DNA from: Minutocellus sp. GHC0000111
Taxonomy: Eukaryota
Direction: 5' to 3'
Assembly: GCA_977018835.1 (NCBI GenBank)
Contig: OZ361258.1
Location: forward strand, 4,960,001 to 5,024,000
Length of the DNA: 64,000 bases
Position numbers and translations under genes: made by a program. Under the pieces are notes generated by a model. The model saw only the letters and a list, made by a program, of their open reading frames with translations, searched no databases and was not told the DNA's origin. Of this stretch, positions 1 through 10,778 are shown piece after piece (within the stretch, counting starts at the first letter, position 1; each line of letters opens with the position of its first letter).

Positions 1-35
1 GTTACTATTCCCAGCACAAATAATCCGATGAAAAT

Positions 36-1842
36 CTACGGAGCCTTCTCTTCGCCAAAATCAAAACCAAAGTCTTTATCCAATGCATCCAGGCCAGGCA
101 AATCAAGAATTTCCTCATCAAATGAATCTTGACGTGGTCTACCGGCGCTCTCTGACAAGAGGTTATTGCTCGGCATGGCAGGAGGCTTTGAATCACAAAA
201 CGAGTTCTGCTCCATTTCGACGCCCGACGATACAGCCATTGGACCAGTACCATACAAAGTTTCAAGTGCCTTCTTCTTCTCCTCTTCCTTTTGCTTTTCT
301 ATTCGGAGTCGCCGGCAGAGATTATTCTTTCGCTGTGTATATTACATTGACCGTTGGAAAAAGTTTAGACAAATATGCTCGTCGAGAATTAATCATGGGT
401 ACCACATCCTAAATCAATCCAAAAATCCCAGGTCCCTCCTCAACTCTACTTACCTGTTTCAGAGAAATTCCTTCGTCATCTTTGATATCCTTCTCCTTCT
501 GACCTGGCTTTATATCGAATTCGAAACCTCCAGCTATCAAGGCATCAGTTAACGGAAGGTCGGGACCATCTTGCTTGGCGCGAAGTGCCTTGGCCATCCT
601 TGGATCAATGATGTTTCGTGAGCCCGTTCGCTTTGATTTTCCCTTTGCTACGCCACCAGGAGCAGGGCCGATGGTTTTGTCGTCGCCTTCTTCTCGCCGT
701 CGTTTCGCAGAATTGGAAGAGGGAGCCTCTTCCACGTTTGCCTCCGAGAGCTGAATACCTGCATTTGCAGTCTCAAAGATATCCGATAAATCAGTATCTA
801 AAACGACGGAGCCGCCTACGTCAAATGGAACACGCTCCCTTGGTAGATTGAATTCCGCGAGTCGACGCAGTACCTCTTCTTGCGACCCTCGATGAAGCTT
901 TGCCCGTAATCGGATATTGGTCGGCATCAGCCGTTGAACAACAGGGTAGATGATATAATTTATGATAGGACTTCCATTGACAACATGGATGGATCGGGGA
1001 CGGATAGGAAAGGCGACGTCGAGAGCAACTTGCATGACTCCTGACCATTTCCTCGAATAATGTTTCCGTGTAGCGTTCTTGCCGTCGACGATAATGACAT
1101 ATCCTCGACTTCGGACATGCGAGTTTTGGATAATGACCTCGATCAGGTAGGCAAGTGTCTTCATTTCCTGTCTCAGGCTGAACTTGGACCAGTCTCTGTT
1201 GTCAAAGCAAAAGTAGATGATTGCTCGGCCTGCTGCGTCAGTGTTGGGTAGAAGCTGGAAGACTCGGGAGTTGGCCATGTTGAGAACTTCACCGTTCATA
1301 GCACCGGCCAGTGTCATTGGTGGTAGAAAGCACGCGTCCTCCCCAAAGTTTTCAAGGCGAAACTGCCAGTACAATGCCAACCGCACAGCTGCGAGCTGAA
1401 TATTCCCTTCCTCGCATTGCAAAAACAGCAGCTTTCGTTCCTTGCTGACCTCATCGGGACATAAGGTGGTTGCCTTGAAATACGCCGCGGTCGATTCTGG
1501 TGGAAGTGTTCCCATTTGCTGATCCAGTGCCGCAAGACGCATGTGATCATGCATTGTGAGAGCGGCCGACGCGGAATTGTCGCCGATGTATACATTCCAA
1601 TTGACACCGCCGCTGCCGACGCCAAGCCCCGACATACCATTAGTAATGGTCTGTATTCCGGTCAGATCGCTTTGCAATTTCATAAGCTCGGCGATGTTCA
1701 GGGTGGCCAGTTCCCTCTGTTCATCTTGGTCCGTAAATTTGGGCTGTACATCAACCGGTGGTTCATCGGAATCGTCATTCCCGTCGTAAGCATTAGCGGC
1801 ATGTTGCTGTTCCTCGACGATGGGCGGGGCGCTGGTCTGCAT
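36..1842 (-). CDS. CRAL-TRIO/Sec14-like lipid-binding protein with C-terminal basic 'DPRM' module, paralog A (exons 1842-454, 332-36)
   Basis: CRAL-TRIO-like motifs FLQCEEG..AAVRLALYW, D.AGRAII, AFPIRPRSIHVVN, RIKLH-like, VPFDVGG. Intron 453-333 (GTAAGT...CACAG) splices LKQ|RKNNLCRRLR in frame. The ORF-track start at 1890 is GTG; the first ATG is at 1842. Confidence 0.75.
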
Positions 1843-1940
1843 GGTGTTCTTGTTTCTTGATGTCCGCCGCCAGAAAGGATTCGATACCACACGCGGATTG
1901 GAATGAGTAGGAATTCCAAATCCGATTATTGATCTATACC

Positions 1941-3723
1941 GTTTTGGCGGACATGTATTGCGTCATCGTGACGGCAAGCAGACAAAACAGTCCGCCAAAA
2001 AGGAGAATGTTCAATTTGCGTTTACGTAGAACCTGGTACAAATCCTACGGGAGGCAATATTTTCGCTCCTTTTTGGCGGACGTTTTTTTCCAACTCGTCC
2101 GCTGCCGCCAGCCTCACCGCACGATCAAGCAGGCGAAGCCGCGTCAATCCTGTGAGTGCTCGAGTTCTCGGTGTCATAAAAAACAAAGCAATTGACAATG
2201 CAACTACAGCAACTATGACCGGCCAAAGCAACAATAGCAACAAACGAGTTACACACGGGCGCCAGCCAAACCAGCGCATCTCCCGTCCTGGTACCCGTAC
2301 GAGCCCTCGGCGGCAACGCCACGTGGCAATCAGAGCTTCCGCTGCTGCTGCCGCCGCCGCCAACGACAACAGCAATGGCGACGGTACTGACGACCTCTTC
2401 GGCCCTGGAGGATCCGTTGACAGGTTCCTCCGAGATCGCCCGCCACTCGATGCCGAGGCACAATGGCGACGGTACTGACGACCTCTTTGGAACAAGACGG
2501 ATCAGACCCCGAAGTTCACAGGGATCCCACCGCATGTTGCCATCCTTTGCAAATTGGAGGGGTTGGAGCAGACAGTGAAGGAGATGCAGGGCAATCTAGC
2601 CGGCCTTCCTGAACAGATATCTGCGCTCCCCGGCAAAATTATTGAAAATATTGGAGAGGGGCGGGACATAGTCGTCCATAACCATGGTGGCGGTGGTGAT
2701 GGAGGTGGAGGAGATCCTCGGCTTGTGCAGAAAGTAGAGGAAATGACAGCATGTTTTCAGCAGATGAGGGAGGGTGGTAGTGCTGATACAGGTAGCAATG
2801 GACAAGAAGGGCCGACCGCAATGAACGGTGGTAGAGATGGATTGCCGCCGTTGTTTCGTTGGTCTGATGGCAGCCTTCATCGTCTTCCTGAGAATTACAT
2901 GTTCCCCAAAGGGCTTATGTTTGCATGCATGTTGAAGAGCTTCATTCAGGAGTATATTATTGGCAGCACTGGAAGACTCGGTGGTGACATCCCCCCTTTC
3001 CGAGTGCTTACTGCAAAAGATGTCGCGCATGTAGTCAATTCTAAGGGAAAGGCAGGTGGTGCTAGAAAGAGAATCAGTGACATGAGAAGGCTGATGGTGA
3101 AGGTAGAGGAAATAGGACAGAGAGAGGGTTTGTGGAAGGGAAATGCATCTAGGCATTGGGAGGTTGAAGATTGCAGCAAGCTGCATGATGCAGTAATGAA
3201 AGAGTTTTACCCTGACGATGGCAGCAACAAAAAGAAACGCAAGCTGGAGATAAGTTGGAACGCTGTATACAACGATCGCATCAAGAAGAGCAAGAAGAAC
3301 AATTGACATGCACATGTATTCTTAAAATTAGATCTAGAGTCTGAATTTGTTTTACAACATGTATACATGTATTACATGTACATGTACGCCGTGGAGGGCC
3401 CGGCGACTTAACGAACAAAATAGGCTCGGAGGGGGTACAGAATGCTGGATCAATGGGGGGATCGGTGGGCCCTCCACGGCGTACTGTACCGGTAACACAT
3501 TTGCATCTCTCTCTATCATTGCTCTTCTCTCGCTCGCAGAAGACAGTCGTTTTGAGCCCGAACGCAAAAAAGTATATTTTGCGGTTTTGAGACTTCGTGC
3601 ATGAGCACAAAAAAAGAGCCGGCCCGTTCTCTTGAGTTTCTGAGAGTCGTGAGAATGGGTTCTATGTAGGAATCAGTACAAGTCTACGTATGCGGACCTG
3701 AGGCGGACAAGTGTCCGCCAAAC
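1941..3723 (+). mobile_element. Putative non-autonomous Crypton-like element
   Basis: GGCGGAC motifs cluster in inverted pairs at both ends (TTTGGCGGACA 1943-1953 versus TGTCCGCCAAA 3712-3722). The internal ORF resembles the C-terminal region of stramenopile Crypton proteins. Boundaries are approximate. Confidence 0.4.
2554..3306 (+). pseudogene. C-terminal fragment of a Crypton-like (tyrosine-recombinase transposon) protein, lacking the recombinase domain
   Basis: 250-aa ORF with FRWSDGSLHRLPENYMFPKG...IPPFRVLTAKDV...RKRISDMRRLM, recalled from oomycete/diatom Crypton-associated proteins. No YR catalytic region. The upstream part is scrambled by a 27-bp direct repeat. Confidence 0.45.
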
Positions 3724-3864
3724 TTCTTGCGATAAAGAATTCGGCTAGTCTTAGGGAAACCTGGGGGGACTTTCCGGGTTACCCCTAAACCTGGGATTTC
3801 CCCCAGGATTTCTGAGTTTGCCCCCCGCCCCTACGCACGTGTTACTAGTAGTAGCTACTATTAA

Positions 3865-5503
3865 GAGGGCGCTGTCCATAATTTTCCCCGTTTTTAATCC
3901 CCCTTATTCTTATTTCTTATGACGAGCGAAGCATAACACACGCAACAGTGGCAGCTTGCCTGAGAGATTCCCTTGTCAACAACAAGGCCAGTTTCCTTGT
4001 CTACGGCAAACACCGCTGCAGCAGAGCCAGTGTAGCAATGGCCGTAGTCGCGTTTGAGGGCGCTGCCGTCTTGGGCCACCGTAACCACCGCCGCCGTGTG
4101 CATCTCGCCGCCTTGTTCAAACTCAACAGTCTTGCTGCTAGCGGCATGTGCTTTTGCCCCATTCTCGTCAATGATTTCATCAGCTGCTTCAATAGCCGCT
4201 GCTCTGCATTTCTTTTCCACCTGTCGGGCATTCTTTTCGGTCGGATGGACGATGTCGGCCTTCGTGCAGAAATTCATGAAGCGACTTGCGTGCATGGCCT
4301 CATCTTCCGCTGCCTCCATCAGCTCCAAATTCATTCCAGCCTGACTTCTAGAATGCTTTCTGCCGGGGCACACAACTTCTGACCTCTGGCCGATCCAAGT
4401 GCAAAAAGAAAAAGGTTGGTTGCATCTGTTGCATCGCCATTCAAATGTAACGCCGAATCCACGCGAAACTGGCTCGGCCGAGAGATGCAGATTGCCGCAC
4501 GATCGGTGGAGATTCTGCACGAAATCATGCAGCTGCTTCATCTCAACCACAATTCTTTTGCCGTTGAGCTGCACGCCGGTGATGTTGGGACGATCGGTAG
4601 CGTTGGCGGTGGGAGCAGATGACCGACCGACCGAAGAATTCTTGTCGGAATAACAATTCAGTGTCGCGTTGAGATGGGGCCCATGCTTTTCATCGTCCTG
4701 GAAGCAATTTTCAGGTGTGGTCGGCAGTGATCGCTTGCCATTGCGTTGAGAGCGTGGGCTGGCGTTGTCGGCCATTCTGGAGAAGCGGTAGAAGGGCTTT
4801 GCAACGTCAAGGCCTGATATTTTCTCTGGACGTCGTCGTTGGATGTTGACCTCGTGTCGTGTTGGGACGTGTTGAAGAGATGATCGAACAAGAGAGATCT
4901 CTAAGCTCGGCGACACGCCACCGCTCGTCAAGATACGGACAAGCTCATCAATAGTGTAGTAAGTACATCTGACGTCGTCTGGGAATGAGAGCAAGAGTGA
5001 GAGGATTGCCTCCTTGGCGTTAGCACGTGATGTTTCCATGTGGTTGTTTTTTTGTTTTGTGTCGGTTCTGGCGCAAGACACGCTTTTCGATGAGAACCTT
5101 ACAAAAAGAACCCCAAATGAGGGAGACGTGCAAAAATACCCCAAAGAAATATCCCCTTACCTCCCAACAGCAAAACTTCAAGATATCTTCCCACCAGCAC
5201 CACCAATGCTGGTTATGCGTCGGCCGAGACTAATTTCGGTCAATCCGACGATGATGTGTGCGTCGACTGTTACATTTCTGAGGGAGAGTTGATTCATCGA
5301 AGTTCCTCTGAACCAAGTGTTCCTGGAGGGATTTCTGACTTAATGCTGAAAGGAACGTCGATGACTCTTCGCCACTGTGGAGAGCGGCCTTCGATGAGGA
5401 GCCCATTGTCACGTTGGAGTGCTAACTTTGGCGATGGTGCGAAGAAAAAACGGCACAAAACACGCTTTTTGGGGGCTTCCTAAAAGTTATGGACAGCGCC
5501 CTC
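3865..5503 (-). mobile_element. Kolobok-type DNA transposon, internally deleted, nested in the hAT-like MITE
   Basis: TTAA TSD at 3861-3864 and 5504-5507. Perfect 17-bp TIR GAGGGCGCTGTCCATAA. Contains a truncated transposase ORF. Confidence 0.8.
3894..5039 (-). pseudogene. Truncated Kolobok-type DDE transposase
   Basis: Zn-binding H..C...GFG.TFEWRC..C, then VTVAQDGSALKRDYGH...VDKETGLVVD...SCHCC, matching the 'DGSW.KRG...TGKV.D...C..C' first-Asp region. The ORF stops before the remaining catalytic residues, about 30 bp from the element end. Confidence 0.7.
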
Positions 5504-6016
5504 TTAAGAATTCCTCGTACATGGGGGCATTTTGCCGTTTTTCCGAGGGACCCCAGGATCCCAGGTTAATCCTGGGGGTTTGCCCCCCAGTATTTCTGGA
5601 AATTACCCCCAGGTTTCCCTATGACTAAATTCGGCGATGGATTCTTTTTTCCCTGAGTTGATTTGCAAGGTAGGCCTACAGCAGGAAGGGGCAGCTACGC
5701 CGAGCTACAGTTTCAAACTGGTTGGCCGAGATAAGTCGGCGGCATGCGTGCGGCCCATGCCATGTCATGGCGCGGCGCGGTGAGCATCTCGCTCCTCTCC
5801 CGTTATCATGGTCTATTTTCGTTTCCGCCCTCAAAAACCACAGGTCGCTGGCGACAACTTGTTTTAGGTGCTACTTGTACTGTCGGTTCGAAATCAATAT
5901 CAAACGAGGACAGCTATATTAAACTTTAAAAATCCTACTTGGAACCAAATGGAGCAATTTGCACATTACTGCAATCGCTCTCTCCGTAGCCGCTTTCGAA
6001 TCATCTTTATCTTTGC

Positions 6017-7658
6017 TCATGCTTCTCTCTCTTTCTCTTTCCTAATGCGCCTGTTAAGATTGTTTTTCCTCTTGATTGGGACACCGCAAAGAAGACAAAG
6101 CGAGAGAAAGGTACAATAAAATGAGTAAAAATGCAGCAAATGGAACATATTTGTGGGTGCATCATGCAAATATGAGATCGAATGAACTGTAAGCACTGAC
6201 CTGGACCAAAGTTGTCCCATCTTGCTTTTGATCTACCATTTCATTTCTCTCTGGATCATGCCTGAAAACGAACCCACCGGCGACCAAGGCATCATAGAGC
6301 TTCATCTTGGGATTTCTTTGCCTTTCTTTTACTGCGATGGCCATGCGAGGATCGACGACATTGCGAGGCCCTTTTCGTTTCTGTCCTCTTGGCACAGCCG
6401 AAATGTCGGCTCCATCTACTTTGCTGGTGCTGGTACCTCCAGTACTTTGAGATTCGAAATGAACACTGGACTTGGCATAAACAGAATCCGCCAAAGATAG
6501 CTCAGCCATGGCTGGAGGCGAAGTGCTCGAAGTCGTCATTCGCCCGTCTCCGATACATGTGCTGTGTTGGCGCTTCTCCCGGTGGCTGTCGTCCTGCTCA
6601 TGGTCGTTGTGACCGTTATCGACGGGTTGAACATGCAGTCCAAGCGCATCGGCTTCTTTCCTCATGTTATCCATTAGGAACTGATTCATATCTATTGCCA
6701 GAGCACCGCCAAGCTCGACCGGAACACATTCTGGCGGAAGATTATATGTCCTCAAGCTGCCCAGTACTTTTGACACGTCTCCGTGATGGAGCTTGATGCG
6801 TAGCCGAATTTGTTTCCGCAGTAGATACTTGACGATCGGATGAACAACATAGTACATGAAATTGCTGGGGTAGCAAATATGCAAAGCGCGGAGACGACTG
6901 GGGAACACACTGTCGAATAATGGCGCGTACTTTTGGCTCTTCTGCGAATGATGCTGGCTGCTTGTGATGTTCCTTGCATCGACAAGAACAACGTTTTTGT
7001 TACAAGCATTGCTCGTAAAGATGGACTCAAAGAGATAAAACAGGGCCATGTTTTCCTGCTCAATGGTGTATTTGGATAAATCACGGTTGCAGAACTGGAA
7101 GAAGAATATGGCCCGACCTGCTCTGTCGGTGCATGGAAGGAGTTGAAAGACACGCATCTCGGCCATGGGTATCATCTCATCTGCCATGGCGCCAGTCAAC
7201 GTCATTGGGAGGAAGCATTTAACGGGACCGAAGAGATCCATTCGAAAGTTCCAGTAGTTTGTCAGTCGCGTTGCTGCCGCGACAGGATCTCCGTCTTCGC
7301 AAATTAAGAACTGCTTTCGGCGCGTCGCGTTTACTTCTCCCGGGCATTGCACAAGGGCTTGTCGATATACGATGGTGGTCGAAGCTGGTAGCTTCGCTAT
7401 TTCGTTGTCAAGAGCAGCTAGAAGAATGTGATCATGGGGGACTAATGCGGTAGTAGTCGCGCTTGCATCCGTGCTGGATGATAAAGACGTGGTGACAGCG
7501 CCAAGACCGTGCTGCATGCCGGTGAGATCAGCTTGCAATTTGACGAGGTCTTGGACTGTCAGTGAGGCCAAGTCTCGCATGTCGTCCTGCTCGGTAAATT
7601 TGGGCTGGAGCTCCAGGGGAGTCTCCATGCTGGTGCTACTGCAATTATCGTCGTTCAT
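6017..7658 (-). CDS. CRAL-TRIO/Sec14-like protein with C-terminal 'DPRM' module, paralog B (exons 7658-6201, 6070-6017)
   Basis: Alignable with paralog A along most of its length (QPKFT.QD..R.LA.L, CFLPMTL.GAM, DPRMA.A...AL.AGGF.F). Intron 6200-6071 (GTCAGT...CAAG) lies at the same Q|RKNNL position. Confidence 0.75.
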
Positions 7659-7971
7659 TATTCATTCTGAATGCAATTTGCAGTGTCTTTGCGCTGGGGT
7701 GGTTTGGTGTACCCGTGCGTGCCGATCTACTCATTCACTGCTGTGGCTGGCGTGGCAAGCAAGGGGCAGAAAATAAATAAGAATGGCGGCCACGCGTAGC
7801 TCCACTCAAAACCTCTCAGTGGCCACTTCGAGGATGACGCAAGTCAGAAGATTCTCGAGATTTGAACTTGCTGCATCAGAATTCGAACGAGTGGTTGAGA
7901 TACATGTACCGACACATCTCGTGCCGAGTTCCTCCATATAACACAGAATAATCAATCCACTTCCCTCACAA

Positions 7972-10144
7972 ATGAAGCACCTGAGTGGTGATCTTCTCTC
8001 TTTGGCCTTCATTGGCCAGCTATGTGCCGTATCTTTCGCTTTCGTTCCGCATCCGTCAAACATCAAGCAGCCACAACAGCTCCTGCCACGAAATTCTCAG
8101 ACATCGTCCACGAGAACAATCGGCCCAGATACCTCCCTATTCACATCAATATCAACCACCGTGGTAACTTCCAGCATCAACGGGGACGGAAATGAGAATG
8201 AGAATGATAAAAGTACAAGCAATGCCGAGGCTCATTCTTCTGGGCCATCTCCTCATTCTTCCGCCGCACAACTTTCTCCACAAATCGAGCACGTAATAGA
8301 CCCATCCGACGAAGGGTTGTTTACCCTGCCCCGACACTCTACCAACCAAGACGTGAATGACATATTGGGAAAGACCGAACGCGCCTTGCGTGGATTGCAC
8401 GCGCACAGCCTGGAGATTCAGGACCGGTTGGAGATTGAGCAGATCGAGGCCGAGGAGGCTCAGATGACTCAAGGAAAGTCGTCGGACGAAATCAAGCAAA
8501 ACAACAAATCACCCGACCAAGGTGCGAAACAAGTTATTGAAACAGAGCCGATTGCCGACTATGGTCACGATCGGGTCTTCAGCAATTCCTATGTGGATCT
8601 CGGAAAGGTTGATACGGTCGGGTTTGACTACGACTATACCCTTGTCACGTACAAGGAGGAACTTCTGCATCTCATCTATGAAAAGGCCCTCAAACGTCTA
8701 GTGGAGGACAAATATTATCCGGTGGAACTCCTGGACGCTGGTCTCAAATTTGACCCTCGCTTCAGTATTCGCGGACTGGCCGTCGATAAGGAGACCGGGT
8801 GGATCTGCCATCTGTCCTACACGCACAAGGTCGCATGTGCCTGGGAGGGTCGGAACAAGGTATCTCGCGCCCGTCTTATGGAGGAGTACAGCGGGAAGCG
8901 ATCGCTGACGCCGGCGGAGCGCAAAAAACGTCTCAAGCCGTTGAATGATTTGTTCTCCATGGCCGAGTGCTGTCTGATTGCCGATGTGGTGCAATTCTTT
9001 ATCGATCGGGGCATTCCCTTCTGCCCGCGGAATGCCATCCATGACATTTTGAGTTCCATCGGATCGACGCATATTTCCGGTGAATTCCATCGTTTAGTGG
9101 CGGCCGATCCCGGTCGATACTTTGAGGAGCAGCCTCATTTGAAGGAGGTTATTTCCAGTCTCAAGGCCAGTGGAAAGCGCCTCATCTTTGCATCCAACTC
9201 GCCCTTTTGGTATGTCGATGCGGGAATGAAGCATGTCATCGGGGAAAATTGGAGAGCCGACTGGGACGTTGTAATTGTCAGTGCTGGTAAGCCCCTATTT
9301 TACACCGAAGAGGCTCGACCGTTCCGAGAGGTGTCATCGGTGACCGGGCGAGTCAAATTCAAGAAGGTAAGTTTTATGCATTGGGATCGCTGAGTATTAG
9401 AGGCTTTGAAGATGATTCAAATAATATTTTGTGCTAAACTTTTCAGCTTGCGTTCACCAATTGTTCCAATCGCAGATCGATGTATTGGAGAAAGGGGAGG
9501 TTTACACAGAGGGATGCCTTCGTGAGCTCATCCGTTGCACTAACTGGCATTTATCAGCGGATGATCGTACCCCAACCACCGATGATGCGGCGAGATTGGG
9601 TGCTGACGGACTCGCTACTCCCAAAGTTTTGTACATTGGTGACTCCTTGTTTGCTGATCTCGTCGACGCAAAGCGCGAGTATGGTTGGACTACCGCAGCG
9701 GTGACACCAGAGGTTGGACATGAGATCGAAATGATGAGCCGGACACAATATGTCTTGTCACAGCGATCGATCGACTTGCTTCTCACTCTGCTGCGAAACA
9801 TCCAGATCAAGCAGGGAAGTGGGCTTCGAGAGGACGAAGACTTGCGCATTCTGGACAGCGTCGAGGGACTCGTATCGAAATGGCGCGATCAGCAAACGCT
9901 ATTGCTCGGTAATCCTTTTGGCAGTGTATTCCGTGCTAGATACCAGCCGAGTCTGTTCGCCCACTCGCTTAGGCGATATTGCGATTTGTACATGAGTAGC
10001 GTTAGCAGCCTTCGGCACTACAGTCCTCTGCACAGATTCTACCCGAGCGATGCAAGGCTGTTGAGCCATGAGATTGGCGGCTCGAACGCTGAGTGCTGGG
10101 ACCTGGACGATGTGCTTTCTGCCGGTGATGATGTTTCTATATAG
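7972..10144 (+). CDS. HAD-superfamily 5'-nucleotidase (NT5C2/NT5DC-like) with bipartite plastid-type leader (exons 7972-9366, 9476-10144)
   Basis: Motifs GFDYDYTL, FASNSPFWY, A.KP.FY and LYIGDSLFADL. Intron GTAAGT...CGCAG keeps frame. The N-terminus has a signal peptide followed by SFA-FVP. Confidence 0.9.
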
Positions 10145-10197
10145 GAACTTATATGATATTGTCGATTCATAATTTAGATTATTTTGTAAGTGCAACG

Positions 10198-10304
10198 CTA
10201 CATCAACCATATTGCGCCGAGAGCGCAGGAAATAGAGAGGCAAGTGGGGACAAGATAGTGCCTTATCGAAATGCTTTCTGCGGGTGAGGATGTTGATCTC
10301 TCGT
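10198..10304 (-). pseudogene. Orphan 3' end of the trypsin-like gene at the duplication breakpoint
   Basis: Encodes ERSTSSPAESISIRHYLVPTCLSISCALGAIWLM*, identical to the C-terminus of 40829-42775. The rest of the gene is absent here. Confidence 0.9.
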
Positions 10305-10778
10305 TGACAACTCTACAGCATCTGGAATCGCCAATAAAACCGTCAAGCAAAGACGGTCTAAGGCTATGGACATGAGATTCTACTGGGTCCAAGATCGCAC
10401 ACAGAGCAACGACAATTCCAGGTGTGTGCTGGCGGAAAGGAGCGCAAAATTTGGCCGATTATTTTACAAAGCACCATCCCGCCCGCTACCATGTCGACAT
10501 GCGACCAGTCTGCTTACATGTAGACAGATTCCAATTAGGACTCTACATGTAGATTCAATGGCACTAGTCATTGATCTGCGAGGGTGTGTTGATGCCGTGG
10601 GATACGTACGTATACATACGTACGGTACGTACGGTGATCAGACCACTGACTCAGTGCCCTCTCCTGACCGTTGATCCATGGGCCAACGACATCTCCGATG
10701 GCCCATTTTTCATCTGCGTAGGTCCTATTAACCTCTACTAGCTATGTCTATCTAGCTTAGCTTTAGGACCTCTTAGCA
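10305..10778 (+). mobile_element. Ty1/Copia (CoDi-like) LTR retrotransposon 3' remnant: RNase H end, PPT and probable 3' LTR
   Basis: DNSTASGIANKTVKQRRSKAMDMRFYWVQDR, then after two 2-nt slips WRKGAQNLADYFTKHHP. GCGAGGGTG is followed by TGTTGA at 10587 (LTR start). The LTR end at TTAGCA 10778 is tentative. Confidence 0.8.

Larger units (their letters stand above)
3746..5627. mobile_element. hAT-like non-autonomous element (MITE of ~240 bp once the nested insert is removed)
   Basis: 22-bp TIR TAGTC(T/A)TAGGGAAACCTGGGGG with 21/22 match (3746-3767 and 5606-5627). Perfect 8-bp TSD AATTCGGC at 3738-3745 and 5628-5635. Confidence 0.85.
1..10304 (+). repeat. Segmental duplication, copy 1 (continues beyond window start)
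   Basis: Matches 30632-40935 at constant offset 30,631. Differences seen: A3324/G33955 and C8382/T39013. Identity ends after ...GATCTCTCGT at 10304/40935. Confidence 0.97.

Noticed and set aside
2596..3315. 239-aa minus-strand ORF (and similar antisense ORFs throughout the track)
   Set aside because: These are shadows of real coding frames on the opposite strand and have no recognisable motifs.
3861..5507. piggyBac assignment for the TTAA-flanked element
   Set aside because: The termini are GAG...CTC rather than CC(C/Y)...GG, and the transposase motifs are not piggyBac-like.
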